Source: a virus. From it: DNA of 64,000 bases. The notes under the pieces were generated by a model. It was not told the DNA's origin. It did no database searches and worked only from the letters and a program-made list of their open reading frames with translations. Below, piece by piece: positions 8,567 through 16,510 of the stretch. The stretch is from positions 15,693 to 79,692 of the IMG/VR virus record IMGVR_UViG_3300032105_000042; one strand, 5' to 3'. The position numbers were made by a program, and so were the translations under genes. Position 1 is the stretch's first letter. Each line of letters starts with the position of its first letter.

Positions 8567-9085
8567 ATGGACGAGCAGGACTTCCAGTCCACCGTCGCGC
8601 TGCTACCCAACCTATCCAAGCAGCAGCTCCGGCACGTCCGCAGCGTCATCGATCAGCACCTCCTCCAGCCCGGCGAGGATGAGGGCGAGGACGAGGACGC
8701 CCAGCTACTCTACACCCAGTCCGCGAGCGTGCTGACTGCGAGGGGCCTGAGATGCCCACCGTGGCCCGCGTTCCGAAGGATGGGTATCTACCGTCACCTC
8801 CGGAACAACCTACCGGCAGTCCAGGATTTCTCCGAGACTAACTTTGGTGACCTGAAGCGGGTAGCACGCCAGCGCCTGTATAGAATATATGCGGAGCTAC
8901 TCATCGACTGGCTGGAGCGCAACCCCAGAGTACCCACGAAGATCGGAGTTTACTTCCAGAACCTGGGACTGATACCAGAATTAGTTCACGACGCCTTCCC
9001 TGGCTACGCACAGCAGGGCTGGCTTCCAATGGTGCTCCAACTTGGTGCACGAGACCATGGATTGGACAAAGGTGATGAAGGCTAA
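8567..9085 (+). CDS. Hypothetical replication-associated protein
   Basis: ATG 8567 after GAGAGG; lies upstream of the DnaB-like helicase. Confidence 0.55.
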   Translation: MDEQDFQSTVALLPNLSKQQLRHVRSVIDQHLLQPGEDEGEDEDAQLLYTQSASVLTARGLRCPPWPAFRRMGIYRHLRNNLPAVQDFSETNFGDLKRVARQRLYRIYAELLIDWLERNPRVPTKIGVYFQNLGLIPELVHDAFPGYAQQGWLPMVLQLGARDHGLDKGDEG

Positions 9086-9209
9086 AGTCTCTTTACAACT
9101 ATATGTTATCAGACAGAAGTCCACGGGAAAGATGATGCCCGAGGTCTACTGGAAGAAAGGATACACTCACACCGAGCCAATTAGTCCCTACATCGCCGTG
9201 CGGAGATAG
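9075..9209 (+). CDS. Small hypothetical protein (44 aa)
   Basis: MKAKVSLQLYVIRQKSTGKMMPEVYWKKGYTHTEP...; fills the gap with an overlapping start. Confidence 0.4.
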   Translation: MKAKVSLQLYVIRQKSTGKMMPEVYWKKGYTHTEPISPYIAVRR

Positions 9210-9234
9210 TTGAGGCCAGGCTGGAGCTCCCCTA

Positions 9235-10698
9235 GTGCCTGGTCAGGACAACCTGTCCACGTTCCTGCAGGAGAACTTGCTCACGCTCCTATGCTACGAC
9301 GATAAGCATGCGACGATTATCCGAGGCACGGTTAGTGTCGATCTCTTCGAGGGACCCTACCGCAAGATTGCGCAGGAGATCTACCATCACCTAGACACCG
9401 CAGGGAAAGTGCCAGGTGATCACATAGTAGATCTCTTCGAGGACACGCTCACCAAAGGTGACCACAAAGCACGTCAATACCGCCAGTTATTCGAGGCTAT
9501 TCGAGAGAGCCGAAAAGAAGTAGATCCTGACTTTGTCATACAGCGTCTGGCAACATTTGTACGAATACAGGAAATCAAGGCAGCAACGCTAGAGGTTGCC
9601 GAACTTGTTCACACCGGCAGGTTGGATGACGAGGCCATCGAGAGAGCCGAGAGCATCTTCACGAAAGCGATCCACAAACGGCTGGAACTCTTTAACGCTG
9701 GTGTCCTCCTCGGAGACTGGGAACACACACTGAGACTACTCGAGCGAGGTGAGGAGGAAGTCTTCCCAACAGGTATCCTGGAACTGGACCGTCTGGGTCT
9801 CGGCCCAGCCAGGAAGGGTCTCCACCTCTTCATTGGTCTACCAAAGCGTGGTAAGACCTGGTGGCTTGTCAACCTTGGTAAGAGTGCCTACATAGAAGGG
9901 CGACGCGTCGTCCACATCAGCTTGGAGATGAGCGAGAGACAGATCGTCCGACGCTACTACCAGGCAATGTTTGCCCTTGCCAAGCGTCGGCCAGCACGGG
10001 ATCAGGATGCGTTCTATCGTACTGATTTCCGTATAGATGAAGACGGCAGACTCGAGGGTCTGGTACAGGAGCGCTTCGAACCCCGTCACGCGCTGGACGA
10101 CGAGGAGGCACTGACATATCTCCATCGGAGGCTTAAGCACGTCGGTTCGAGACTGAACCGTATCATCATCAAGGATTTCCCGACTGCGCAGTTGACCATC
10201 TCTGGGTTGTCGGCCTATCTGAACAGTCTCGAGGTTCGCTACCACTTCAAGCCGGACCTCCTAATAATCGACTACCCTCAGCTCATGAGTTTCGACGCGC
10301 GCTACCAGCGGCTGGAGCTCGGCAAGATCACCCAGCAGCTCCGAGGGATCGCCGTGGAGAGGAACCTTGCCGTTGCCATAGTCAGTCAGTCTCACCGCAA
10401 GGCGCTGAAGGCTCGGGAGGTGGACCTTGGAAACATCGCCGAGGACTTCAGTCAGGTCGCCACGGCCGACGTCATTCTTACCTACAGTCAGACCAAGGAG
10501 GAGCGCAGGCTGGGCCTAGCTCGCATCTACGTAGCAGGAGGACGAGACGAGGCCGACCAGTTCTCGATACTGATCTCGCAGCACTACGCGACCGGGCAGT
10601 TCTGTCGGAAGTCCGTTAGAATGCAGAAGCAGTACTGGGACATTCTTGACCACTTTGAAGAAGAGGAAGACGAGGATGAGGAAGATGAAGAGGAATAG
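9235..10698 (+). CDS. DnaB-like replicative helicase with acidic tail
   Basis: Walker A GLPKRGKT, HISLEMSE, LIIDYPQL, AIVSQSHR, IAEDFSQVATADV. Confidence 0.9.
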   Translation: MPGQDNLSTFLQENLLTLLCYDDKHATIIRGTVSVDLFEGPYRKIAQEIYHHLDTAGKVPGDHIVDLFEDTLTKGDHKARQYRQLFEAIRESRKEVDPDFVIQRLATFVRIQEIKAATLEVAELVHTGRLDDEAIERAESIFTKAIHKRLELFNAGVLLGDWEHTLRLLERGEEEVFPTGILELDRLGLGPARKGLHLFIGLPKRGKTWWLVNLGKSAYIEGRRVVHISLEMSERQIVRRYYQAMFALAKRRPARDQDAFYRTDFRIDEDGRLEGLVQERFEPRHALDDEEALTYLHRRLKHVGSRLNRIIIKDFPTAQLTISGLSAYLNSLEVRYHFKPDLLIIDYPQLMSFDARYQRLELGKITQQLRGIAVERNLAVAIVSQSHRKALKAREVDLGNIAEDFSQVATADVILTYSQTKEERRLGLARIYVAGGRDEADQFSILISQHYATGQFCRKSVRMQKQYWDILDHFEEEEDEDEEDEEE

Positions 10699-11275
10699 GG
10701 AAAGGAAGAGGCTGGGGCCGACCGAGATAGGCAGGGAGACCAGCCTCGCGAGAGTCATAGTCATCGGCGAGTCACCGGGGCCGAAGGGTCAGGCTGCCTT
10801 CCCACTCTTTCCCCACCCTGCTAGGAGCGCGGGGTACCGTCTCGCCCAGATGACGGGTCTGGTTAGAGCGGAGTACCTGCGACACTTCCGCAGGCTTAAC
10901 CTCGTCCCCAGCCACCAAGGACCCAACTGGCCTGCCACCATCGCGCGAGACGCTGCGGACAACCTGGCAGGTGGTGGTATGCTCAGTGGGTACCGCGTAC
11001 TCCTGCTGGGGGCAAAGGTCTGGCGCGCCTTCGGAGGAGCCAACAAGGACTTCTCCTACTGTCGGTGGTACAAGAGATACGGGCGGCTCTGGTCTCCAGG
11101 CTACTACATAGCAGTCATTCCTCACCCGAGCGGGCGCAATCTTCTCTACAATAAGAGTAGCGTGAGGCAGCATGTCGAGTCCTTCCTCCGTGCTCTGGCC
11201 AAGGGCAGAGCGACGCAGAGGTATGCCTTTATCTACAGCCGCGCGCCTGCCGGTCGTACCCGTCGCCGTCTCTAG
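10646..11275 (+). CDS. Uracil-DNA glycosylase superfamily protein
   Basis: IVIGESPG motif A, VLLLGAKVWRAF, IPHPSGRN motif B; true start probably downstream of 10646. Confidence 0.75.
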   Translation: MTTLKKRKTRMRKMKRNRERKRLGPTEIGRETSLARVIVIGESPGPKGQAAFPLFPHPARSAGYRLAQMTGLVRAEYLRHFRRLNLVPSHQGPNWPATIARDAADNLAGGGMLSGYRVLLLGAKVWRAFGGANKDFSYCRWYKRYGRLWSPGYYIAVIPHPSGRNLLYNKSSVRQHVESFLRALAKGRATQRYAFIYSRAPAGRTRRRL

Positions 11276-11403
11276 GGTTAGGAGGGGGTGGTACCCGGCC
11301 CCCGGCCCCTAGGTGCTAGTGCCCTCCTGAGGCCCGTGGGGGCACCCCACAGCCGCGTACCTAGCCCGTTGCCCGGCCAGCCCGCGCCACCACCTCTCCA
11401 GAA

Positions 11404-11560
11404 GTCCCTTATATTTCAACTACTTGGCAGGACGGCGATTTCCCTTATGTCTCAACGACTTACCAGGGGGTTACTAAGTCTCAGGGGGATTGTTCCCGCG
11501 AACCCCTAGCCAGGGCCACTTCCGGGCTAAATATCCCTTATATAACAATAGCTTATGGGG
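11404..11560. repeat. Three spaced copies of TCCCTTATRTNWCAANNRCTT
   Basis: gtcccttatatttcaactacttgg (11403), ttcccttatgtctcaacgacttacc (11440), atcccttatataacaatagcttat (11534). Confidence 0.65.
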
Positions 11561-11971
11561 GGCACGATTTTTCCTCCCAGGGTCCCCATTTTTCTTTACA
11601 TTCGGGACGGCGGTACCTATATTAGCTGTAGGGGTTAAAACCCCTAACCCTAGTGTCATATGCTAGGGCGTCCCCCGGAGGGGGCCTTGGGGAAGAAGCC
11701 TAACCGCCACCCCTTAAAGGTAAAGCTGGAGATTCCCCCCTTCGACGGTTCGGTGGCCCGGTTATCGGTATAGTGGTGGTGCCCGGTCATAGGTCAGGAA
11801 GTGCCTCGTTCCGGACGCGTGTGATGCGCGACGTGGAGACCGTGGGTGGCTATGGGTTGTTGAGGTGTGTTCAGGCCCGTATTACTTATTTGCTGCCCTT
11901 GGCCGAAGCGTCGTAGCAGCGCGACGATGGGCGGGGGAAAGCTCTGACGAGGATCTCCTCCTCCTATGAAA

Positions 11972-12047
11972 GTCGAAACTCGGCCTGCCTTGTGCAAGCC
12001 GGGTCCACCGAGCGCTGGCCAGCCCGGTGCTGACGACGACAGGCCAG
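11972..12047 (+). ncRNA. Type II hammerhead ribozyme HH1 (cleavage after C12005)
   Basis: GTC-GAAA-CTCGGC/GCCGGG-TC-CACCGAGC/GCCCGGTG-CTGACGA-C-GAC; pseudoknot CTGGCC/GGCCAG. Confidence 0.85.
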
Positions 12048-12063
12048 ACCATAGGAGGAGATC

Positions 12064-12291
12064 ATGAAAACTTCAGCAAAAGAGTTCTCAGAGGCTTTGC
12101 AGAGCCTAGTCGATCAAGTCATCGATGGTGACGAAGAGTTAATGAACGAGCTCGCGTACGACCCAAAGCTCTTTGGGGATGGATCAACCCAGACGTACAG
12201 CGAGCTTGGTATCCTTACTACGGATGCTGGCTTCGTCCTTCGGACAGCCGATGGTTCCGAGTACCAGGTGACCATTGTCAAGTCTAGTTAG
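12064..12291 (+). CDS. Small early hypothetical protein
   Basis: RBS CATAGGAGGAGATCATG; ends LTTDAGFVLRTADGSEYQVTIV. Confidence 0.8.
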   Translation: MKTSAKEFSEALQSLVDQVIDGDEELMNELAYDPKLFGDGSTQTYSELGILTTDAGFVLRTADGSEYQVTIVKSS

Positions 12292-12354
12292 TCGAAACGC
12301 TCCAACCGGAGCGTCTGCCAGGTGTGAGCTACCTGGCACTGATGAGACAGCTCA
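12291..12354 (+). ncRNA. Type II hammerhead ribozyme HH2 (cleavage after C12315)
   Basis: GTC-GAAA-CGCTCC/GGAGCG-TC-TGCCAGGT/ACCTGGCA-CTGATGA-GAC; pseudoknot TGAGCT/AGCTCA; fully canonical core. Confidence 0.95.
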
Positions 12355-12370
12355 ACCATAGGAGGAGATC

Positions 12371-12547
12371 ATGAGTAAGCTAATCGACATACGGATAACA
12401 GTTTCCGCCCCGGCCGACGCCTGGAAAACGATGGACGACGATGCTTTGGGGGCTGTCACCGAGGCGTTCGAAGACTTGTTTGCAAACTTTGAAATGGAAA
12501 CCCAAGATCTTGCGTCAAAGTATGGTTTCCAGACCAGCGTCGATTAA
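12371..12547 (+). CDS. Small early hypothetical protein (58 aa, not in ORF track)
   Basis: MSKLIDIRITVSAPADAWKTMDDDALG...QTSVD*; conserved RBS; stop abuts HH3. Confidence 0.75.
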   Translation: MSKLIDIRITVSAPADAWKTMDDDALGAVTEAFEDLFANFEMETQDLASKYGFQTSVD

Positions 12548-12614
12548 GTCGAAACCGGGCCAACCAGCCCGGTCTGCCGAGGGATGAGCTCCCGACACTG
12601 ACGATGATAGCTCA
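12548..12614 (+). ncRNA. Type II hammerhead ribozyme HH3 (cleavage after C12574)
   Basis: GTC-GAAA-CCGGGC/GCCCGG-TC-stem I with bulge-CTGACGA-T-GAT; pseudoknot TGAGCT/AGCTCA. Confidence 0.8.
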
Positions 12615-12630
12615 AGTATAGGAGGAGATT

Positions 12631-12912
12631 ATGTTTGATTGGCAAAGGTTTTGTTTCTACAAAGCTATTCCCGATGGGTTTCTTACCCAGCATAAGGGAA
12701 GAACCTTCAACACCTCTTGGGATGGAGCCTGGGTTCTCGATAGCTGGAACGATTTGAACGTCCCCTACTTCACCCGTCCCGGGCGAAAGAAGCGGTTCGT
12801 CGTTCCACATCTCGAACGGCGGCTGATCTCACTAGCAAAGAAAACCGTCGTAACGGTAAAGTCAATACGAAGGAAACGCCTCCCCAAGCATCTGAGGCGA
12901 CGGCACCTCTAG
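12631..12912 (+). CDS. Small early hypothetical protein with Arg-rich tail RRKRLPKHLRRRHL
   Basis: Conserved RBS; stop overlaps HH4. Confidence 0.8.
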   Translation: MFDWQRFCFYKAIPDGFLTQHKGRTFNTSWDGAWVLDSWNDLNVPYFTRPGRKKRFVVPHLERRLISLAKKTVVTVKSIRRKRLPKHLRRRHL

Positions 12913-12977
12913 TCGAAACCGGGCTGGGTAGCCCGGTCGGTTTGATCTGACCTACCAACCCTGACGATGACAGGTCA
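12912..12977 (+). ncRNA. Type II hammerhead ribozyme HH4 (cleavage after C12938)
   Basis: GTC-GAAA-CCGGGCT/AGCCCGG-TC-GGTT..AACC-CTGACGA-T-GAC; pseudoknot TGACCT/AGGTCA. Confidence 0.82.
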
Positions 12978-12998
12978 AGACAACTATAGGAGGAGATC

Positions 12999-13268
12999 AT
13001 GTGTTACATTATCCAGACAGACATGAGTACAGGTCAATCCTCCCAGCCCCTGTTCTGGACTGGGACCGAGGTCGTCGGCATCTGCCGCTCTGGCGAGGCG
13101 AGAGTCTATAGCAGCCGCTCTCAGGCAGCGTCAGCCCTTGCAGCTATCCCCTCGAACGTCGTCCGGTTCTACGATCTACACATACGACCCGAGGGTGAGC
13201 GCTCCCGGTTGCCACAGTTGAGAGGTATCCGTGGGATGAAGGGTAATCCGGGATACGATCTCGGTTAA
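12999..13268 (+). CDS. Small early hypothetical protein
   Basis: Conserved RBS TATAGGAGGAGATCATG. Confidence 0.75.
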   Translation: MCYIIQTDMSTGQSSQPLFWTGTEVVGICRSGEARVYSSRSQAASALAAIPSNVVRFYDLHIRPEGERSRLPQLRGIRGMKGNPGYDLG

Positions 13269-13269
13269 A

Positions 13270-13335
13270 GCCGAAACGGGAGATCATACTCCCGTCATCG
13301 TGAGCCAGCTACTCACGGTCTGATGAGGCAAGCTA
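13270..13335 (+). ncRNA. Type II hammerhead ribozyme HH5 (cleavage after C13296)
   Basis: GCC-GAAA-CGGGAG/CTCCCG-TC-ATCGTGAG/CTCACGGT-CTGATGA-GGC (stem II covaries GCC/GGC); pseudoknot AGCT/AGCT. Confidence 0.92.
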
Positions 13336-13349
13336 CATAGGAGGAGATC

Positions 13350-13574
13350 ATGAAAGTTCGGGAGCTAATCAAGGAGCTGGAGTAGTTCGACGGCGACATG
13401 GACGTCTGCTTTGCCTACAACTATGGCGACCATTGGAAGACAACGGTCTCGCCGAAGGTGAATAAAGTGGACGAGTGTGGCATCCGTTACTCGGACTATC
13501 ACAACACATACCGTGTTGTGGACGAGGACGACAAGGAGTCACCCGAGGAGCACGCGGTCGTACTGTTCGGCTAG
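13350..13574 (+). pseudogene. Small phage protein gene interrupted by an in-frame TAG at codon 12
   Basis: MKVRELIKELE*FDGDMDVCFAYNYGDHWKTT...VVLFG*; strong RBS; TAG at 13383-13385, frame open on both sides. Confidence 0.7.
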
Positions 13575-13575
13575 A

Positions 13576-13648
13576 GCTGAAACGGCGGAGTAACACCTCT
13601 GCCGTCGCCCCGAGCACTGACCCTGTCGGGGCCTGATGAGGCAGGGTC
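13576..13648 (+). ncRNA. Type II hammerhead ribozyme HH6 (cleavage after C13606)
   Basis: GCT-GAAA-CGGCGGAG/CTCTGCCG-TC-GCCCCGA/TCGGGGC-CTGATGA-GGC; pseudoknot GACCCT/AGGGTC. Confidence 0.92.
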
Positions 13649-13672
13649 GCACAACCCCCATAGGAGGAGATC

Positions 13673-13885
13673 ATGAACAAAAAGCAGTTTTGGATCAACC
13701 AAGTCGCCGCACAGCGCCAGTGGATCGACGCGCACGGCGGGTGCGAAGCAGGCTATGTGGAACGCTACGGTTCAGCGTCCAATAAAAAGCACTACGGTGA
13801 CGGTGGCGAAGCCATCTGGAAGGCCGACAAGGACGAGCTTGACAAGTGCTTATCGAGTGCTCGTCAACATGGTGCCCTCATTTAA
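13673..13885 (+). CDS. Small early hypothetical protein
   Basis: Conserved RBS CATAGGAGGAGATCATG. Confidence 0.8.
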   Translation: MNKKQFWINQVAAQRQWIDAHGGCEAGYVERYGSASNKKHYGDGGEAIWKADKDELDKCLSSARQHGALI

Positions 13886-13917
13886 CATGAGATCGGCTGA
13901 TAAGAAGGAGAGTGCCA

Positions 13918-14135
13918 TGGAGCACATAACTGTAAGGGCCGAGCGAGGCTCGGCAATACTAGGTCGTCTTACCAAATTCTCCAAGGGCTGGCGGTTCTAC
14001 CCGTGGACGGAGAGCCGTCGGCCGTCAACCCACTACTGGCCGACCGCCGAGGAGGCCATCCCGCGCTGGCTCAAAAGCGCAAGTTCCGGCTGGACAAACC
14101 AAAGTCATCCTGACGCAGCCCGAAGCCCATCCTAA
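13918..14135 (+). CDS. Small early hypothetical protein
   Basis: ATG 13918 after AAGGAG: MEHITVRAERGSAILGRLTKFSKGWRFYPW. Confidence 0.6.
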
Positions 14136-14166
14136 GGAGGATGGGCTTCCAGATACGTCAGTATCA
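14109..14166 (+). promoter_or_regulatory. Unclassified structured leader, motif B copy 1
   Basis: Hairpin GAAGCCCATCCT-aagg-AGGATGGGCTTC followed by CAGATAC-GTCA-GTATC, then the conserved RBS. Confidence 0.55.
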
Positions 14167-14183
14167 AAACATAGGAGGAGATC

Positions 14184-14915
14184 ATGAACGACAAGTCAAA
14201 GATCATAGACAAGATCCAGAAGCTGCTGGCCCTGTCTAAGTCGCCCAACGAGCACGAGGCAGCGCTCGCGGCAGATAAGGCACAGGAGCTCCTGGCTACC
14301 TACAACATCGACGTGTCCGAGGTCGAGGCCGAGGAGGCCAAGACGTCGGTCATTAAGGACGCCGTCAAGACCAAGCGCAAGGCTTGGCAGCGCGTCGTCC
14401 GGGCGGCAGCAGCTAAAATGTACTTCTGCGAGTACTACTACTCCACGTATGACGTGGAAGCACCGCAGCGCAAGCGAGGCTTCGCGACGTACGACCTCCA
14501 CTTTTACGTCGGCGAGCCTCACAGCATCGCCGTCGCCAAGATGATGTCGGAGTATCTGATAGCCACCGTCTGGCGACTAGCCCGCGACGGTTCGCGAGCA
14601 TACCCCAAGCGGGAGAGGAGACGCTATCGGAACTCCTTCGTCATTGCCTGTACGTACAGGCTCCGAGCGCGGATACTGGAGCGCATCCGGGAGAGCTCCC
14701 AGACAGGAGTCACTACACACGAGGGTCGGAACCTCCCGGCCCTGGCCTCGCTGTACGACCAGACCCGGCATCGGAACCAAGCCTTCATCGAGAAGCACGT
14801 GGGAAAGCTGGGTGCTGGCAGAGGTCGGATGAGCGGCTCACACGATGCTGGTAAATTAGACGGTCACGAGGCTGGTGGGACTATCAGCCTGGACAAGCAG
14901 ATCGGAGGTAAGTAG
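14184..14915 (+). CDS. DUF2786-domain protein
   Basis: KIIDKIQKLLALSKSPNEHEAALAADKAQELLATYNID N-terminal signature. Confidence 0.85.
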   Translation: MNDKSKIIDKIQKLLALSKSPNEHEAALAADKAQELLATYNIDVSEVEAEEAKTSVIKDAVKTKRKAWQRVVRAAAAKMYFCEYYYSTYDVEAPQRKRGFATYDLHFYVGEPHSIAVAKMMSEYLIATVWRLARDGSRAYPKRERRRYRNSFVIACTYRLRARILERIRESSQTGVTTHEGRNLPALASLYDQTRHRNQAFIEKHVGKLGAGRGRMSGSHDAGKLDGHEAGGTISLDKQIGGK

Positions 14916-14918
14916 CAA

Positions 14919-14986
14919 GTCGAAACCGGGGCACCCCGCTCCGGTCGTCGTGGCCCAGGCAGCCACGGCCTGATGAGACAGCCTGG
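14919..14986 (+). ncRNA. Type II hammerhead ribozyme HH7 (cleavage after C14946)
   Basis: GTC-GAAA-CCGGGGC/GCTCCGG-TC-GTCGTGGC/GCCACGGC-CTGATGA-GAC; pseudoknot CCAGGC/GCCTGG. Confidence 0.95.
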
Positions 14987-14999
14987 ATAGGAGGAGATT

Positions 15000-15608
15000 A
15001 TGTATTATGTTACTATGGACAGCGAGGGCGACCGCATCCTGGAGGATGCAGAGATCGTGGAGTACAGGACGCACTCCAAGGCCAAGGACCATCTCCTGGA
15101 CAGCTTCTCCGAGGTAGAGGAAGGCCAGGAAATCGAGATCGTGTCAGGTCACTTCCAGAACTGCTGGAAGAGGGTCGAGCTCAACGGGATAGCAAGAGTG
15201 GACATCGATCCCTTCTGCTGGGACGAGGTCTGCATTCAGCATCCGGATAAACATCCGGGAGACAGTACATACTGGATAACGCCCGGACCGGAGGTCCTGG
15301 TGGCCAAGCTCGTTAATGTAGAAACAACGTCGTGGGAGGGTATCGTGAACCTTAACATCACCTCAACCACGGTCGGCCCGTTCGAGGACGGCTCCTTTAA
15401 GGCAGGCGTGCGCGTAGAGACGAGCGAGCAGACCTCGATCGTTTACGCCCGGCAGGGCCCGTTCCCGACCAGTGACGAGGCTCACCACGTAGCGCAGGCG
15501 TTCCTGCAGTACGTGTGCGAGCTCGTGGACAAAGCGCTCACAGAAGTAAGGTACGACAAGCTGATCGTGAGCTTGCTGCTGGACGACCCCCCGTCCGGCG
15601 GTGGCTAA
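15000..15608 (+). CDS. Early hypothetical protein (possibly two fused modules)
   Basis: Conserved RBS GATAGGAGGAGATTATG. Confidence 0.7.
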   Translation: MYYVTMDSEGDRILEDAEIVEYRTHSKAKDHLLDSFSEVEEGQEIEIVSGHFQNCWKRVELNGIARVDIDPFCWDEVCIQHPDKHPGDSTYWITPGPEVLVAKLVNVETTSWEGIVNLNITSTTVGPFEDGSFKAGVRVETSEQTSIVYARQGPFPTSDEAHHVAQAFLQYVCELVDKALTEVRYDKLIVSLLLDDPPSGGG

Positions 15609-15619
15609 CCCGGACCCTA

Positions 15620-15690
15620 GTCGAAACAGGGGAGCGCTGTCTCCCCTGTCGGAGCGGGTTGCTCTCCCGCTCCCTGACGAGACAGAGCAG
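15620..15690 (+). ncRNA. Type II hammerhead ribozyme HH8 (cleavage after C15650)
   Basis: GTC-GAAA-CAGGGGAG/CTCCCCTG-TC-GGAGCGGG/CCCGCTCC-CTGACGA-GAC; pseudoknot TTGCTCT/AGAGCAG. Confidence 0.95.
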
Positions 15691-15706
15691 ACCATAGGAG
15701 GAGATC

Positions 15707-15883
15707 ATGTCCCTACACCGTAGCACTCAAATGATTCTCGACACCGTCTCCAAACCTTACATGGACGAGGGCGATAGGAGGGCACTTGCCAATGACATCT
15801 CAACGCGCCTAGACAGTGGCGACAGCGACGAGAAGGTTGCGGCCTGGGCCGCTAAGATAGTCAAGACATTTGAGCCGACGTAA
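15707..15883 (+). CDS. Small early hypothetical protein (58 aa, not in ORF track)
   Basis: MSLHRSTQMILDTVSKPYMDEGDRRALAND...FEPT*; conserved RBS. Confidence 0.75.
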   Translation: MSLHRSTQMILDTVSKPYMDEGDRRALANDISTRLDSGDSDEKVAAWAAKIVKTFEPT

Positions 15884-15884
15884 C

Positions 15885-15928
15885 CCTGAGCGCATCAAGA
15901 GGTGCGCTCTCAGATGCGTCAGCATCGT
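15885..15928 (+). promoter_or_regulatory. Unclassified structured leader, motif B copy 2
   Basis: CTGAGCGCATC-aaga-GGTGCGCTCTCAG hairpin followed by GATGC-GTCA-GCATC, then the conserved RBS. Confidence 0.55.
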
Positions 15929-15946
15929 AAACCATAGGAGGAGATT

Positions 15947-16510
15947 ATGACATCGCAATCAACCGAGTACGCAGCGACCCCAGAGCCGTGGAAGCTGCCA
16001 CGGAACCACCCGTGGTGGTGCCCCAAGGGTGACCTGCTCCACGTCCCGCGCGCTCTCAGAAGAGCGAAGTGGACCGAGAAGCAGTGGGTGCGGCACCGCG
16101 AGGCTCAGCAGCGGAGACGAAGTGTGTCGTGGCATCGCACAGTCATCAAGACGGACGCCGCCATATTCGCGCCGGTCATCGCCCGAAAAGCCGAGAAGGA
16201 GAGGCGAGCGAAGCGGAGACTGGAGCGGCTAGAAATCAAGGCCGAGAAAGTGAAGCGTCGCCACCTGGAAACAGAGGAGGCCAATCGGGTCCTGGACTGC
16301 ATCGCCACTCGGGCGACCACCGCCCATCGGATAGCGAAGGCCCTAGACCTGGACCAGCGAATGGTTCGTCGCGCAATACGACGGCTGCTGCGAGAGGATA
16401 AGATCGAGAAGACGAGCCCAAAGGTGTACGATCTCTGCGGACGTGGGCAGGCACCCAAGCCAGTACGGAGGAAGCGTCTCCCCAAGCGTCTGCGGCGACG
16501 GCACCTCTAG
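15947..16510 (+). CDS. Basic protein with C-terminal winged HTH and tail RRKRLPKRLRRRHL
   Basis: VLDCIATRATTAHRIAKALDLDQRMVRRAIRRLLREDKIEK wHTH pattern. Confidence 0.7.
   Translation: MTSQSTEYAATPEPWKLPRNHPWWCPKGDLLHVPRALRRAKWTEKQWVRHREAQQRRRSVSWHRTVIKTDAAIFAPVIARKAEKERRAKRRLERLEIKAEKVKRRHLETEEANRVLDCIATRATTAHRIAKALDLDQRMVRRAIRRLLREDKIEKTSPKVYDLCGRGQAPKPVRRKRLPKRLRRRHL

Noticed and set aside
11630-11890. Sigma70-type promoters for the early transcript (TTAAAA-N18-TATGCT near 11635-11664; TTGTTG-N17-TATTAC near 11857-11885)
   Set aside because: Matches are too weak to call without transcription start data; a CtrA box (TTAA-N7-TTAA) also does not fit.
11991-12004. GTGCAAGCCGGG resembling the twister-sister P4 loop
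   Set aside because: The other twister-sister strands are absent, and the sequence is fully explained as stem III of HH1.
13383-13385. Genome-wide TAG reassignment
   Set aside because: Many well-defined genes (dnaB-like, tube, terL, BppU-like) end at TAG with tight packing, and no suppressor tRNA was seen.
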